Of a DNA stretch of 64,000 nt, positions 51,690 through 64,000 are shown piece after piece. The notes beneath the pieces were generated by a model. The model did no database searches, was not told the DNA's origin, and saw only the letters and a program-made list of their open reading frames with translations. Position numbers and translations under genes: made by a program. Origin of the DNA: Macrostomum lignano (lineage: Eukaryota); contig NIVC01000027.1 of assembly GCA_002269645.1 (NCBI GenBank), positions 682,001 to 746,000 of the forward strand, read 5' to 3'. Within the stretch, counting starts at the first letter, position 1; every line of letters starts with the position of its first letter.

Positions 51690-52070
51690 CTGGGTTATAG
51701 CATAATGGTTAGAGTATTTGACTCATGTCTCAAAGGCTAAAGGTTCAATTTGTGACCTACTTGGAAATATTTTTGTCTGAGCAAGACATTTCAATCTACC
51801 TAGCTTTAAAATTAGTATTAGCATTAGCTAGACTAATTGAACTTAAAGGCATATGTGGTGACCCCCTAGTCCTTATAATGAGTAGCCATATATAGCCTTT
51901 AGATATGCTATCAGACTTAACTAAAAGTTCAAGTGTTCAATTCCTAACCCACTTGGAAAAATATTTCTTTGAGCAAGACACTTAACTTTGAATTGTTTTA
52001 GTTCACCAAGCTATAAAAAGGATACCAGCATTAGCTAGGATAGCTAGGATACACTATTGTAGCCTAGGTC
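51690..52070 (+). mobile_element. Two heavily C>T/G>A-mutated CORE-like SINE copies (a third 3' fragment at 52855-52985)
   Basis: TAGCATAATGG (A box), GGTTCAATT (mutated B box), GAGCAAGACACTTAACT...TAGTTCACCAAGCTATAAAAAGGATACCAGCATTAGCT; aligns to 24850-25095. Confidence 0.75.
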
Positions 52071-52370
52071 TGAACTATCCTCATACATGTGCAACTGCTA
52101 GCCAACCTGGCCGATCTAGCCACTGTAAATTGTGGTGGACCAGGGATAAGTCGCAAAAATGCCCATCCCAAAGAATATAGACATAGTACTAATTAGATGA
52201 TGCATTTAGCCCTTATTAGACAGTCATAGTTACTCCTGCTGGTTACCCAAAATTGTGTTAATGTTGCTCTAGAGTTTCTTTCACAGGTAAGTCACATTTT
52301 TGGTCAAAAAGTAAGTTGCATGGCCAGTGTAAATCAGGGGGGTTGCGCATGTATGACTATCCTAGATGCC

Positions 52371-52730
52371 AGGGGGGCCGTAGCCCAGCGGTAGCGCAGC
52401 TGCTCTAGTGTGCCAGCGACCTAGGCTCGATTCCAAGTGCAGTCACATTAATTTGGGGCTGAATTGGAATCTTGGCTTGGCTCTGCTCGTGCAATTAACG
52501 GCCTTGAGAGCCAACCCCCCAAGGCGCAGTGAAGTGTACATGCCTAACGATAAAATAAAGTTAGGGCTGCTGTACACTCCTGTGTGATTGTGTGCCTGCG
52601 TATGTATCCGCGCGCTTGTATGCCTGCTCAGGGGAGTCAGCGGAATGGGCAGTAATGCCTCTCGCCGGTTGTGTGCCAATGACGCTTAAATTGCGCCAGG
52701 GTGCACACAACCCCCCTGCCTCTAAAAAAA
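52371..52730 (+). mobile_element. Full-length tRNA-derived SINE with 12-bp TSD ATCCTAGATGCC
   Basis: A/B boxes, A-tail at 52724-52731, TSD at 52359-52370 and 52731-52742; near-identical to 37740-38101. Confidence 0.92.
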
Positions 52731-54529
52731 ATCCTAGATGCCCCTGTTTTCCCACACTAGACTATGCCAGTGTACTAGACTATACTTGAATTGCCAGGGG
52801 CTAATTGCTGTTAGCAATAATGGCCATTGGCTATAATAAGGCTTGGGTAATTGAAGGTAGTATGGTGACCCCCTAATCCTTAAATGGAATAGCTATAGGC
52901 AACCTTTTGATGCATTACACAATAACTATAGCTAAGTTGTTAGTTTATCTGGCCTAAGTGGGGTAGGTATAATTAATTATTCATTCTTATTTTTATTTTA
53001 TACTAAGATTTGAAAAAATGGACTATTTGTTGCATTTAGTGACTTCTACTTCTTAGTAGTATATACAATATATATTTATTCCACTTTATTTACTAATAAA
53101 AATTAACCTAAGTCAAATATATATTTTTTTATTTAATTGAAATACATTACTTTTCTATTAACTAGAAGCTTTAGTCAATGAAATGGTAGATGCATAAAAG
53201 TGGAATTTTCACCTAATAAAAAATTAATATGTTTAGTATGTGCTTTTTTATGAGTCACTTATAGTTTAAATTTTATATAACCTTCCACCTTTAGATTATT
53301 AACATTTTTTACAGTGAAAACTAGCATTCTCTGTCTATTAGTAGGAAGGCAACAAAGAACATGGTCTTAAATTAAGCTAAATTAGCTTTTGACCTTCTAT
53401 AGTCACTCTTGTTAGTTTATTTAGAAAATGATATTTTAAAAGAAAAAGTCCCCATCTTGAAAGCTAGCTATCTAACCTGAAAGATATCAGAATCCCCTAT
53501 GAGCCCTTCAATACTTGGCTTACCAATAACTCCCATTAGGCACTTGGCATTGATACAACCTCTATCCCTAAGCTAAAAACATTTGAGCAACAACCCTTGT
53601 GAGCCTTGACATCTTAGCAATTCCCCTATGAGTCTCATAGTTGACAGGGCACTTCTGTGTATATGGTTAAACCCAAGCCTTGCTTAGAACCTATGAAGGA
53701 CTAAGTAGGTATATGAGAGGATCTTTTCTATATAAAGACTTTCTATATAAAGACTAATATAGAAAGACTATATCTAATGCCATGGAATATTCTATTCCTA
53801 AGAACTTCCTCAAAAGTTTATTATAGTTTATTGTGATCTAATTTCTGAGGCTAAGAGTTAGTTTCTGACATTTTATTACCCAAAATACTAATTTAACTAT
53901 AACTATATTCTATAGTCCAGTCTTGTCCTAATGCATACTACTAATAGTGATAGTAGTAGCTCTTTCGTTTCTTTATAGACTGTTAGATTAAGATTCCTTT
54001 ATGAATCGAAATATTCTTTGGAAAGAAAGAAGTTAATCTAGAATGCTGATTTAGAGGGGTACAGACATTTCAAGTTGCAGTTTTCTCTGCATTTTTAGAT
54101 TTATGAAGTGAATTTGTCAGGGTGATTAATCGTTTCCGGGATGCAAATAAATTTTCTTCATTCCGCTTTAGTTTTCTCAGCTTTGATTTGTTGGAAAGTT
54201 TTTATCGCTGACAGCAGTTCACGGAGAACCAACAGGGAAATGAAGGAATGGTAGTTTTTATGGAAAACAAGTTTACTAAAGAATTTTTAATTGAGCAGAC
54301 TGTGTCATGTTGGCAATTTCCAGGCTGAATCTTTTGGCTGGGGTTAGGCTGGGGTCCAACATAATCGACTGCATTTGTTCACTTGTCAATGTTTGCAAGC
54401 GGAGCAATTATTGATTTGTTCCTTTGTCATACTTTAACTGTGGCTTTTTATTTTATCCGTTCTCATGTTCATCATTCTATAATTTATAACTCATATTTTT
54501 ATCAATCTAATATTTTTTATCTCATGTTC

Positions 54530-55990
54530 CTCTCACCTGCCTTATCATCCTCTCACCTGCCTCATGATCCTCTCACCTGCCTTATGATCCTCTCACCTGC
54601 CCCATGATCCTCTCACCTGCCTCATGATCCTCTCACCTGCCTCATGATCCTCTCACCTGCCTCATGATCTTCTCACCTGCCTCATGATGATCCTCTCACC
54701 TGCCTCATAATCCTCTCACCTGCCTCATAATCTTCTCACCTGCCTCATGATCTTCCCACCTGCCTCATGATCTTCTCACCTGCCTCATGATCCTCCCACC
54801 TGCCTCATGATCTTCTCACCTGCCTCATGATCCTCTCGCCTGTCTCATAATCCTCCCACCTGCTTCATGATCCTCTCACCTGCCTCATGATCTTCTCACC
54901 TGCCTCATAATCCTCTCACCTGCCTCATCATCCTCTCACCTGCCTCATGATCCTCTCACCTGCCTCATGATCCTCTCACCTGCCTCATGATCCTCTCACC
55001 TGCCTCATGATCCTCTCACCTGCCTCATGATCTTCTCACCTGCCTCATGATGATCCTCTCACCTGCCTCATGATGATCCTCTCACCTGCCTCATGATGAT
55101 CCTCTCACCTGCCTCATGATCCTCTCACCTGCCTCATGATGATCCTCTCACCTGCCTCATGATGATCCTCTCACCTGCCTCATGATCCTCTCACCTGCCT
55201 CATGATCTTCTCACCTGCCTCATGATGATCCTCTCACCTGCCTCATGATCCTCTCACCTGCCTCATGATCTTCTCACCTGCCTCATGATGATCCTCTCAC
55301 CTGCCTCATGATCCTCTCACCTGCCTCATGATCTTCTCACCTGCCTCATGATGATCCTCTCACCTGCCTCATGATGATCCTCTCACCTGCCTCATGATGA
55401 TCCTCTCACCTGCCTCATGATGATCCTCTCACCTGCCTCATGATGATCCTCTCACCTGCCTCATGATCCTCTCACCTGCCTCATGATGATCCTCTCACCT
55501 GCCTCATGATGATCCTCTCACCTGCCTCATGATCCTCTCACCTGCCTCATGATCTTCTCACCTGCCTCATGATGATCCTCTCACCTGCCTCATGATCCTC
55601 TCACCTGCCTCATGATCCTCTCACCTGCCCCATGATGATCCTCTCACCTGCCTCATGATCTTCTCACCTGCCTCATGATCCTCTCACCTGCCTCATGATG
55701 ATCCTCTCACCTGCCTCATGATGATCCTCTCACCTGCCTCATGATGATCCTCTCACCTGCCTCATGATCCTCTCACCTGCCTCATGATGATCCTCTCACC
55801 TGCCTCATGATGATCCTCTCACCTGCCTCATGATCCTCTCACCTGCCTCATGATCTTCTCACCTGCCTCATGATGATCCTCTCACCTGCCTCATGATCCT
55901 CTCACCTGCCTCATGATCCTCTCACCTGCCCCATGATGATCCTCTCACCTGCCTCATGATCTTCTCACCTGCCTCATGATCCTCTCAACC
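54530..55990. repeat. 20/23-bp minisatellite (GATCCTCTCACCTGCCTCAT, with or without an extra GAT), about 65-70 units
   Basis: Seen directly, with higher-order alternation of variants. Confidence 0.97.
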
Positions 55991-55994
55991 TTCA

Positions 55995-56186
55995 TCATGA
56001 TCATCATGCTTGGGCGCAACCTTGGGATTCACTCGGCCGTTTCTATTGGCAACACACACATGTATGTCGCTATTGGACAGAATAGTAGTCACGTGACTGC
56101 TCTCAGCCAATAGCGACTTACATGTGTGTGTTGCCAATAGAAACGGCCGAGTGAATCCCAAGGTTGCGCATGTATGATGATCATGA
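55995..56186. mobile_element. Near-perfect 190-bp foldback (MITE-like hairpin)
   Basis: Arms GCGCAACCTTGGGATTCACTCGGCCGTTTCTATTGGCAACACACACATGTA.GTCGCTATTGG (56014-) and its inverse (-56169), extended by TCATGATCATCAT. Confidence 0.8.
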
Positions 56187-56899
56187 AAGTGTACTTAATC
56201 ATCCTATTAATCCTGCCTTATTGACCATCATTTTTGGATAGATGTTTTCTGATAGAATTAAAAATACCTGTAGATTCATACTGCTGAGGACAAGCCTGTC
56301 GTGTGGCTAGCAATTTCGGTTTGTTTGCACCGCCCAAGAGGATCGCTAATAAGAAATTTGGCCCGATTATTAGGAAGAAGAACAGAAAGCGCCATCTCAA
56401 ACTCAGCAGTATTATTAGTTTTTTTGCGTTCCTCTCCTCTAATTCCTTTCCGTCTGGGATTTTAATATTCCATCACTTCCCATACCCTCGGGGGCCTGTC
56501 CGCCTTTCATCTTGCCGCCATTTCTCTACCTCTGGCTTTGTAGACATAGTCCATAGGCTTTGCATTAGCCTTGCCTACTTAGCTCTGCTTGATACAATTC
56601 TGAAACTGTCTCCTCAATCTATAACTTAGCTCCGTGATCTCATCATTTTTTTCCTAGATGCTGAAAAAATGAAAAAATAGAATAAGGAAATCATTCCGTC
56701 TTTTTGAAACCGATTTGAGCCAAATAAGCATTTTGAATCTTTTGTTGAGGAGAGGTTTAAAATTTTTTATGACGTATTAACTATAGATCGTAATCTTATT
56801 ATAGATTTCAATTTCAATAATACATAACTTAAAGCCGGTGTTGTATGGTGAGTTTATTACAGCAAAAAATTGGCTTTTCTCCTACAGGGTGCCTAAATG

Positions 56900-57955
56900 C
56901 CTGTGTCACCAAACTGAGTGCCTGTCTGTGGCGCCAAAATGAGTGACTGTAGCGCCAAACTGTGTCTGTAACGCCAAAATGAGTGCATGTAGCTCCAAAC
57001 TGAGGGCCTGTAGCTTCAAAATGAGGGCCTGTAGCTTCAAAATGAGGGCCTGTAGCGCCAAACTGAGTGCATGTAGCTCCAAACTGAGGGCCTGTAGCTT
57101 CAAAATGAGGGCCTGTAGCTTCAAAATGAGGGCCTGTAGCGCCAAACTGAATGCCAGTAGCGCCAAAATGAGTGCATTTAGCGCCAAAATGAGTGCCTGT
57201 AGCGCCAAAATGAGTGCCTGTAGCGCCAAAATGAGTGCATTTAGCGCTAAAATGAGTGGCTGTAGTGCCAAGCTGAGGGCCTGTAGCGCCAAACTAAGTG
57301 CCTGTAGCGCCAAGCTGAGTGCCTGTAGCGCCAAAATGAGTGCCTGTAGCGCCAAAATGAGTGCCTGTAGCGCCAAAATGAGTGCATGTAGCTCCAAACT
57401 GAGGGCCTATAGCTTCAAAATGAGGGCCTGTAGCGCCAAACTGAATGCCAGTAGCGCCAAAATGAGTGCATTTAGCGCCAAAATGAGGGCCTGTAGCGCC
57501 AAACTGAGTGCCTGTAGCGCCAAGCTGAGTGCCTGTAGCGCCAAAATGAGTGCCTGTAGCGCCAAAATCAGTGCCTGTAGCGCCAAAATAAGTGTCTGTC
57601 TGTAGCGCCAAAATGAGTGCCTGTAGCGCCAAAATGAGTGCCTGTCTGTGGCGCCAAACTGAGTGCCTGTAGCGCCAAAATAAGTGCCTGTCTGTGGCGC
57701 CAAACTGAGTGCCTGTAGCGCCAGAATAAGTGCCTGTCTGTGGCGCCAAACTGAGTGCCTGTAGCGCCAAAATAAGTGCCTGTCTGTGGCGCCAAACTGA
57801 GTGTCTGTAGCGCCAAAATAAGTGCCTGTCTGTGGCGCCAAACTGAGTGCCTGTAGTGCCAAAATAAGTGCCTGTCTGTGGCGCCAAACTGAGTGCCTGT
57901 AGCGCCAAAATAAGTGCCTGTCTGTGGCGCGAAAATGAGTGCCTGTGGCGCCTGT
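56900..57955. repeat. 21-bp minisatellite (GCCTGTAGCGCCAAAATGAGT), about 48 units with variant blocks
   Basis: Seen directly; same family as 9160-9290. Confidence 0.96.
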
Positions 57956-58669
57956 AAGAGTAATGCTGTGTAAGACAGGAGGGCACACACACACTATGAA
58001 CCGTAACGGAAATCAATGGTGGATTCAACAAGTAGCTGACAAGGCTATACAGTTATGTAATTATGAAACAATAAAGACAAAGTTGCCGCTTAGAGAAAGA
58101 GCTAACATGGTTGATACTCCTGTGGATTTTTCAATCTAATTTGGTGCTTTCTAAAGGCTTGTTCTGTGTCCCGGGCATAGCTACGAGCGAGGTCAGGCCC
58201 TACAAATACTCCCGACTGCGGCCTTTGAACTTTACGCGTTTAAGTTTGAGCTTGAAAGGAGAGGGAATACTTCTTAATAAAGCTGAGCTAATGCCTTATT
58301 GGCACAGTTTTAGTGTCGTGTTGAATTTCTTGCACAAACAGCGCGGTGCGGACTATGAACGAGTAGGTCTGGTTTGAATTTGTTTATCCAGTTAATATTC
58401 CGACAAGATCTTCTGTATAAAATTTCTTTGAAATTTAGACTTGTTTAAAACCCAATCTGTCTCTCTTTCTCTTCTGTTTCAATTTTGTGGATGCTAGCAA
58501 ATAAAGGCGTCCCAATTTTGTTTGCTTAGTGACAGGTCTTGTCTTGTGTCCTGTCGCTTGCTTTGCTTTTGAACTGGCGACTATTCACACAGTATGGCTC
58601 TCATTTACTTCATATCTGAGAGACAATTGGCCATTTTTTAATCGGGAATAAGGGTGCTGCTTTGTTGGT

Positions 58670-59010
58670 GATGCACGGTTGGGGATGCTGGGTTGGTGAT
58701 GCTGGGTTGGGGATGCTGTGTTAGGGATGCTGTGTTAAAGATGCTGTGTTGGTTAGGCTGGGTTGGGGATGCTGGGTTGGTGATGCTGAGTTGGGGATGC
58801 TGGGTTGGGGATGTTGTGTTGGGGATGCTGTGTTCCGGATGCTTTGTTGGTGATGCTGGGTTGGGGATGCTGGGTTTGTGATGCTGGGTTGGGGATGCTG
58901 GGTTGGGGATGCTGGGTTGGGGATGTTGTGTTGGGGATGCTGTGTTGGGGATGCTGTGTTGATGATTCTGGGTTGGGGATACTGTGTTGGGGATGCTGTG
59001 TTGGGGGCAT
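58670..59010. repeat. 14-15-bp G-rich minisatellite (GGGGATGCTGGGTT)
   Basis: Seen directly. Confidence 0.9.
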
Positions 59011-60439
59011 TGTATACCATTCATTCAATTTCTAACGACAATTACTTCATCAGCTCTTGCTTGTCGAGCTGCATATCCCGTGTCTAGTGTCTAGGCAACG
59101 CATAGGTTGGTCTAATGCCGGACCCACAAAAAATCCTGTCGAGCCTACGTAACTGTTTCTCCTTGGACAGTTAGTCCCACCTGCCCCCCTCTCCTCTCCT
59201 CTCTCCCTACCTATTGCACTTCGTTATCGTTTGGCGCCTCAATAATCGCAGTCAGTCATCGCATCAATCCATCCGTCTACCTCTCTCTGGCTTTGTCCCA
59301 TGCTTCTCTCACTCTGGTCAGTTATTATTGCCTGATTGGGAGGAGATGAGAATACGGGTTGGTTGGGAGGTTTGAGAGTCGGCAGGTTGAAAAGCTTTGA
59401 CCCGACTGACTGGGGGATGGATGGCTGACTGGCTGGCTGACAGGCAGGCAGGCAATGCGTGTGTGAACGCTATCAGTATTTGAGTTCACCCCTTCACCAG
59501 CCTTGCTGCGTGTGTGGCTGGTTGTGGGGCTCCGGCTATTCCAGACCCTATGGGCAGAGTCATATCACACTGTTAGCCAATAGAATCTGCCCGACCAAGT
59601 ACCTGTCTGTCTCTGCACCAGTGCTGCAGCCACCCCCCCCCCCCCTACTAGACTTCAACCCGACAACCCCCCAAAACTCTGCAGCTGACTGATTAATTAT
59701 ATTTCAAGTTTGACTTCACCCTCTGACTGGGCTTTTCTTTTCGGCTTAGCAATCTTTGAACAGATAATTTATTGCCTAGCCTTGTGTACAAGAAATCTTC
59801 AAGAGCCTTTAAAATAATATTTTAGTAAGGTGATAATAAATTCTTGGATTTTGATTTGTCTGCTTATTCTGATTATTAATATCTAGATAATGTTGCGAAT
59901 TTGCATTCTTTTATTCAAATTTCAGTTCTCAAAAAGACTTGTGAGTTCCTGTCAATCTCGAAAAAGAACATGGACTGCTCCATCAACCAACTGCTGCTGT
60001 CTGGCGGCAGAAGAGGACGCTAGATTTGGTATGCGGCTTCTATCCTTTTTTTCAAAATTGCTTTTAATTGACAGCTGTCTGTTTGAGGGTGTCAGTTATT
60101 TATAGAGCATTTAAAATAACTATTATATCTGCCACACGTGCTAATGAGTTGACAAATTTGACAAGTTTCTGATGACTGACAGCTTGGCCCGCATAGATTG
60201 ATGGGTGGATTAGTGGGATTAGTATTGGACTCTGACTCAACTGCCTATCTTGGCATTGTTAATAAATAGTATGAATTGTTGTTGGTTGGGAGCTTTTGGG
60301 CATATTTGTGAGAATGGGGTTACGCTGCCCCGATATCCCCCTTTTAATGCAGCGTGTGCTCAATTGTGCTCAGTACGATATATCTGGTCTTAAGTTTCTA
60401 CTTCTGGGTATAGATTTTTAGCTGTCCTTATCTGTGCCA

Positions 60440-60890
60440 TTGTCTTTTTTACTAGTCGGGATTTCTGATTTTTAATAGTTGGATTTGGGATTAGGGATTT
60501 TGTACTAGTTGGGATATGTGAATTTTTACTAGTTAGGATTTGGGATTTTGTACTAGTTGGGATATGAGATTTTGTACTAGTTGGGATATGGGATTTTTTA
60601 CTAGTTGGGATTTTGGATTATTGTACCAGTTGGGATTTGGGATTTATCGCTCTAGTTTGGATTAGGGATTATTGCACTAGTTCGGATTTGGGATTATTGC
60701 ACTAGTTATGATTTTGTACTATTTAGGATTATAGATTTTTAAATAGTTAGGATTTGGGATTTTGTAATAATTGGGATTTGGGATGATTGTACTAGTTTGA
60801 GATTTGGAATGATTGTGCTAGTTTGGGATTTGGGATTATTGCACTAGTTTCTGATTTGGGATTATTTACTAGTTGGGATTTAGAATTTCA
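60440..60890. repeat. Degenerate repeat of about 25 bp (ACTAGTTGGGATTTGGGATTTTGT)
   Basis: Seen directly; a few units retain TCGGGATT. Confidence 0.75.
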
Positions 60891-61499
60891 GATTTCAGAA
60901 TTTATAAATTTTTACCCAAAGCGGCTGAATCATTTACTTGATCTTCTGCTTAGGAAATTGTTTTTTTATTGCCAATCGAAGTTCGTGACACCCGGTTAGG
61001 TATCGGAGATTATGTAGCTCATATATATATAGATTACTAACTAGGGAACAAACTACGTGCTAACCCATTGCTGGCGTATGATTATAGTAAAATATATATT
61101 TATGTGGCCAGTCAGCCAGTCAAGTCAGTGACTGCAGCTTAGCTGCTCACCCTCCGCTGCTGTTTGACTGACAGGTCAGTTGTGTAGAAAGAAGCCTGGT
61201 TTTGTGTGCGCGCGCTCTGTTTGGGATCAGAGAGCCCGGTAGCTGAGCAGGTTTGTCATTCTCCCCTGCTCATTCTCCCCCTCCTCCCGCCAATACTTGA
61301 GCATATGAATCTAGTGATAGTCGTGTAATATATTGAGAGAACCTATAGGACTGCTTACATATTGTGTGCTTGATGGCCTCCATAATGTATAATGTATAAT
61401 GTAGATGTAGCTGTATTGTTTATTCATATATAATGTATCACTGTAAAACTTATTATTGTGCTTAGGTTTTTAGGATTCCTCGGAATTAGCTGCCTTTAT

Positions 61500-62225
61500 C
61501 CCATTCTCTCCGCTCTGCCTTACCCTCTATCTTACCCTCCCCTCTCTTTCACCCTCTCCCTCTTCTACTACCCTCTCCTTCCTTCTAACCCTCTCTTCTA
61601 CCCTCTCCCCCTCTCTCTTACTCCCCTCTCTTACTGCCCTCTCTCCTACCCTCTCCCCCTCTCTCTTACTCCCCCCTCTCCTACCCTCTCCCCCTCTCTT
61701 ACTGCCCTCTCTCCTACCCTCTCCCCCTCTCTCTTACTCCCCCCTCTCCTACCCTCTCCCCCTCTCTTACTGCCCTCTCTCCTACCCTCTCCCCCTCTCT
61801 CTTACTCCCCCCTCTCCTACCCTCTCCCCCTCTCTCTTACTCCCCTCTCTCCTACCCTCTCCCCCTCTCCCTTACTCCCCTCTCTCCCTCTCTCCTACCC
61901 TCTCCCCCTCTCTCTTACTTCCCTCTCTCCTACCCTCTCCCCCTCTCTCTTACTCCCCCTCTCCTACCCTCTCCCCCTCTCTCTTACTCCCCCTCTCCTA
62001 CCCTCTCCCCTCTCTCTTACTCCCCCTCTCCTACCCTCTCCCCCTCTCTCTTACTTCCCTCTCTCCTACCCTCTCCCCCTCTCTCTTACTCCCCCCTCTC
62101 CTACCCTCTCCCCCTCTCTCTTACTCCCCCCTGTCCTACCCTCTCCCCCTCTCTCTTACTCCCCCCTCTCCTACCCTCTTCCCCTCTCTCTTACTCCCCC
62201 CTCTCCTACCCTCTCCCCCTCTTCT
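61500..62225. repeat. CT-rich minisatellite of about 33 bp (CTCTCCTACCCTCTCCCCCTCTCTCTTACTCCC)
   Basis: Seen directly. Confidence 0.93.
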
Positions 62226-62856
62226 CCCAACTTATTGCAATAATTCCGTATTTTATATAGAATGGTAAAAATCCCGAAAATGCATCGGAATCCTCTACTC
62301 GGTTTATTGAAATTTCGCGGCAGCTCTTTACTGTCTTGGATAAGAAGAAAAAAATTATTAATCTGCTTTATATTTGCGCCTCTGTTTTTGGCCTCTTCCG
62401 CTGCCCACCCCCCTTCTGGTCTTCAGTAATCTGCCGGATTCGCCCAGTTCGTCATTTTCAAGAATAAAATCCTTGGCCCTTCTCCGCCTACCACTGGTTT
62501 GCCTTTTTTCTCGTGAATTGCAACTTCTTTGCATTTATTCCTCTCTGCATAGTTGAAAAGCTTCTTCCTTTAGGCTTTCTTCTTTTTTTGAAAAAAAGCT
62601 TTTCTTCCGCTCTTCTCCGTTTGAGTTGCTTTTTCTTTTTATTGTTGTCGGTAGAAATTCTCAAGGATTTGAGGCGGCGCCGTTTAGGAAAAGGCGGAGC
62701 CCGAAAAATGAGCAGCCGGGGAGGGGGATCAGGCGGTTGGGATTCCTGAGATCTGCTGGGGTCGCTTCGGAATTGACTGCTGGAGGGGGGGGGGGCGGCT
62801 GCCGGATGTCAGCTGGGAATGCAAATATCTGGGCTTCTGATTCTGGCTGCTTTCTC

Positions 62857-62867
<11 letters not shown>

Positions 62868-62889
<22 letters not shown>

Positions 62890-62950
62890 GTGTCTGTCTG
62901 TCTGTCTGTCTGTCTGTGTGTCTGTGTGTCTGTCTGTCTGTCTGTCTGCC

Positions 62951-63007
<57 letters not shown>

Positions 63008-63032
63008 CCACCTGTCGGTCTGTCTGTGTGTG

Positions 63033-63063
<31 letters not shown>

Positions 63064-63088
63064 GTGTCTGTCTGTCTGTCTGTCTGTG

Positions 63089-63133
<45 letters not shown>

Positions 63134-63135
63134 GC
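62868..63135. repeat. (TCTG)n microsatellite
   Basis: Seen directly. Confidence 0.97.
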
Positions 63136-63699
63136 CTGCCACCTGTGACCTGTCTGTTTGTGTGTCTTAGAGTATGTTTTAGCGTCTGTATTACACCCAA
63201 TAATCAAGTAGTATAACTACACCCAGGGCTCATAATAATTTGAGCCAGTGCGCCACTCCGACTCGGCAAAATCAACTCCGATGATTGGCGTTGCAGGGTC
63301 TCAAGCCCAATCTTCTGTCGCTGCCAGGAGTAGCGGCGCTCTCTTTGCAATGCGCAGATATCGATTTGATTTGATCGATGTGGACTGCGTTAACTAAGCT
63401 CTACTGTTGGCTTTGTTCCCTGCTTTTATTGTACCAGCTAGCGCTAATCAGGTTTCCATCGGCTCCCCTCTTCTCTTCCGCATGTTGTGGGAATTTTTTT
63501 GACCCCATTGTTTCTTCATTCTTTTGTCGCTTGTTTTTGGCATTCTCTTTGAAAATTTTTAATTCTTATCATGATGCGACGATCAATGAATGGATGGATG
63601 GATGAAATTCGGGCATTATGGAATTTTGAGTATGATTATGATGATGCCGAAAGCTGAAATAACGGCTTTAATAAATTTGTCAAATAAACTTGAATAAGT

Positions 63700-64000
63700 G
63701 TGGCTCACCTGAACAATCAGAGAGGGGTGGCTCACCTGAAGGATCAGAAAGGGGTGGCTCACCTGAACAATCAGGGAGGGGTGGCTCACCTGAACAATCA
63801 GAAAGGGGTGGCTCACCTGAACAATCAGAAAGGGGTGGCTCACCTGAAGGATCAGAAAGGGGTGGCTCACCTGAACAATCAGAAAGGGGTGGCTCACCTG
63901 AAGGATCAGAAAGGGGTGGCTCACCTGAACAATCAGAAAGGGGTGGCTCACCTGAAGGATCAGAGAGGGGTGGCTTACCTGAACAATCAGAAAGGGGTGG
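63700..64000. repeat. 27-bp minisatellite (GGCTCACCTGAACAATCAGAAAGGGGT), runs off the right edge
   Basis: Seen directly; gives the 9-aa periodic ORF. Confidence 0.95.

Noticed and set aside
52372-52440. tRNA gene (also 38030-38098 and 51692-51760)
   Set aside because: A/B boxes are present but no closed cloverleaf; followed by a SINE body (with A-tail and TSD at 52372 and 38030-38098).
62370-63560. Lys/Arg-rich coding-like frames on the minus strand either side of (TCTG)n
   Set aside because: Frames switch and terminate, and I could not assemble consistent splice sites or a family; needs RNA-seq.

Overview
Eukaryotic (animal) genomic DNA with GT-AG introns and very many mini/microsatellites and small transposons. 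The Gln/Ala-rich GC-rich exons, WSC-domain expansion and repeat load resemble a free-living flatworm such as Macrostomum, but this is inference only. Genes reconstructed by hand: one CCDC92/CCDC74-family coiled-coil gene (9012-10197); five paralogues of a two-exon secreted protein (signal peptide + WSC + PAN/Apple), of which only one (31015-31908) is intact here; two five-exon tetraspanins (20670-23693, 40029-43793) interleaved with them; and a complete 4.6-kb hAT transposon (46352-50958; 11-bp TIR, 8-bp TSD, intact BED-finger transposase). Also present are a young tRNA-derived SINE family with TSDs, CORE-like SINEs, hAT/MULE/Harbinger-type MITEs, and Penelope and THAP remnants. Two signals stand out. 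(1) Kilobase domains of repeat DNA are nearly free of CpG and rich in TpA, and repeat copies inside them differ from copies outside almost only by C>T/G>A, including CpA>TpA and CpG>TpA. This looks like RIP-like or non-CpG-methylation-driven hypermutation. (2) The WSC-PAN / tetraspanin cluster shows birth-and-death turnover. All alignments and counts were done by eye.
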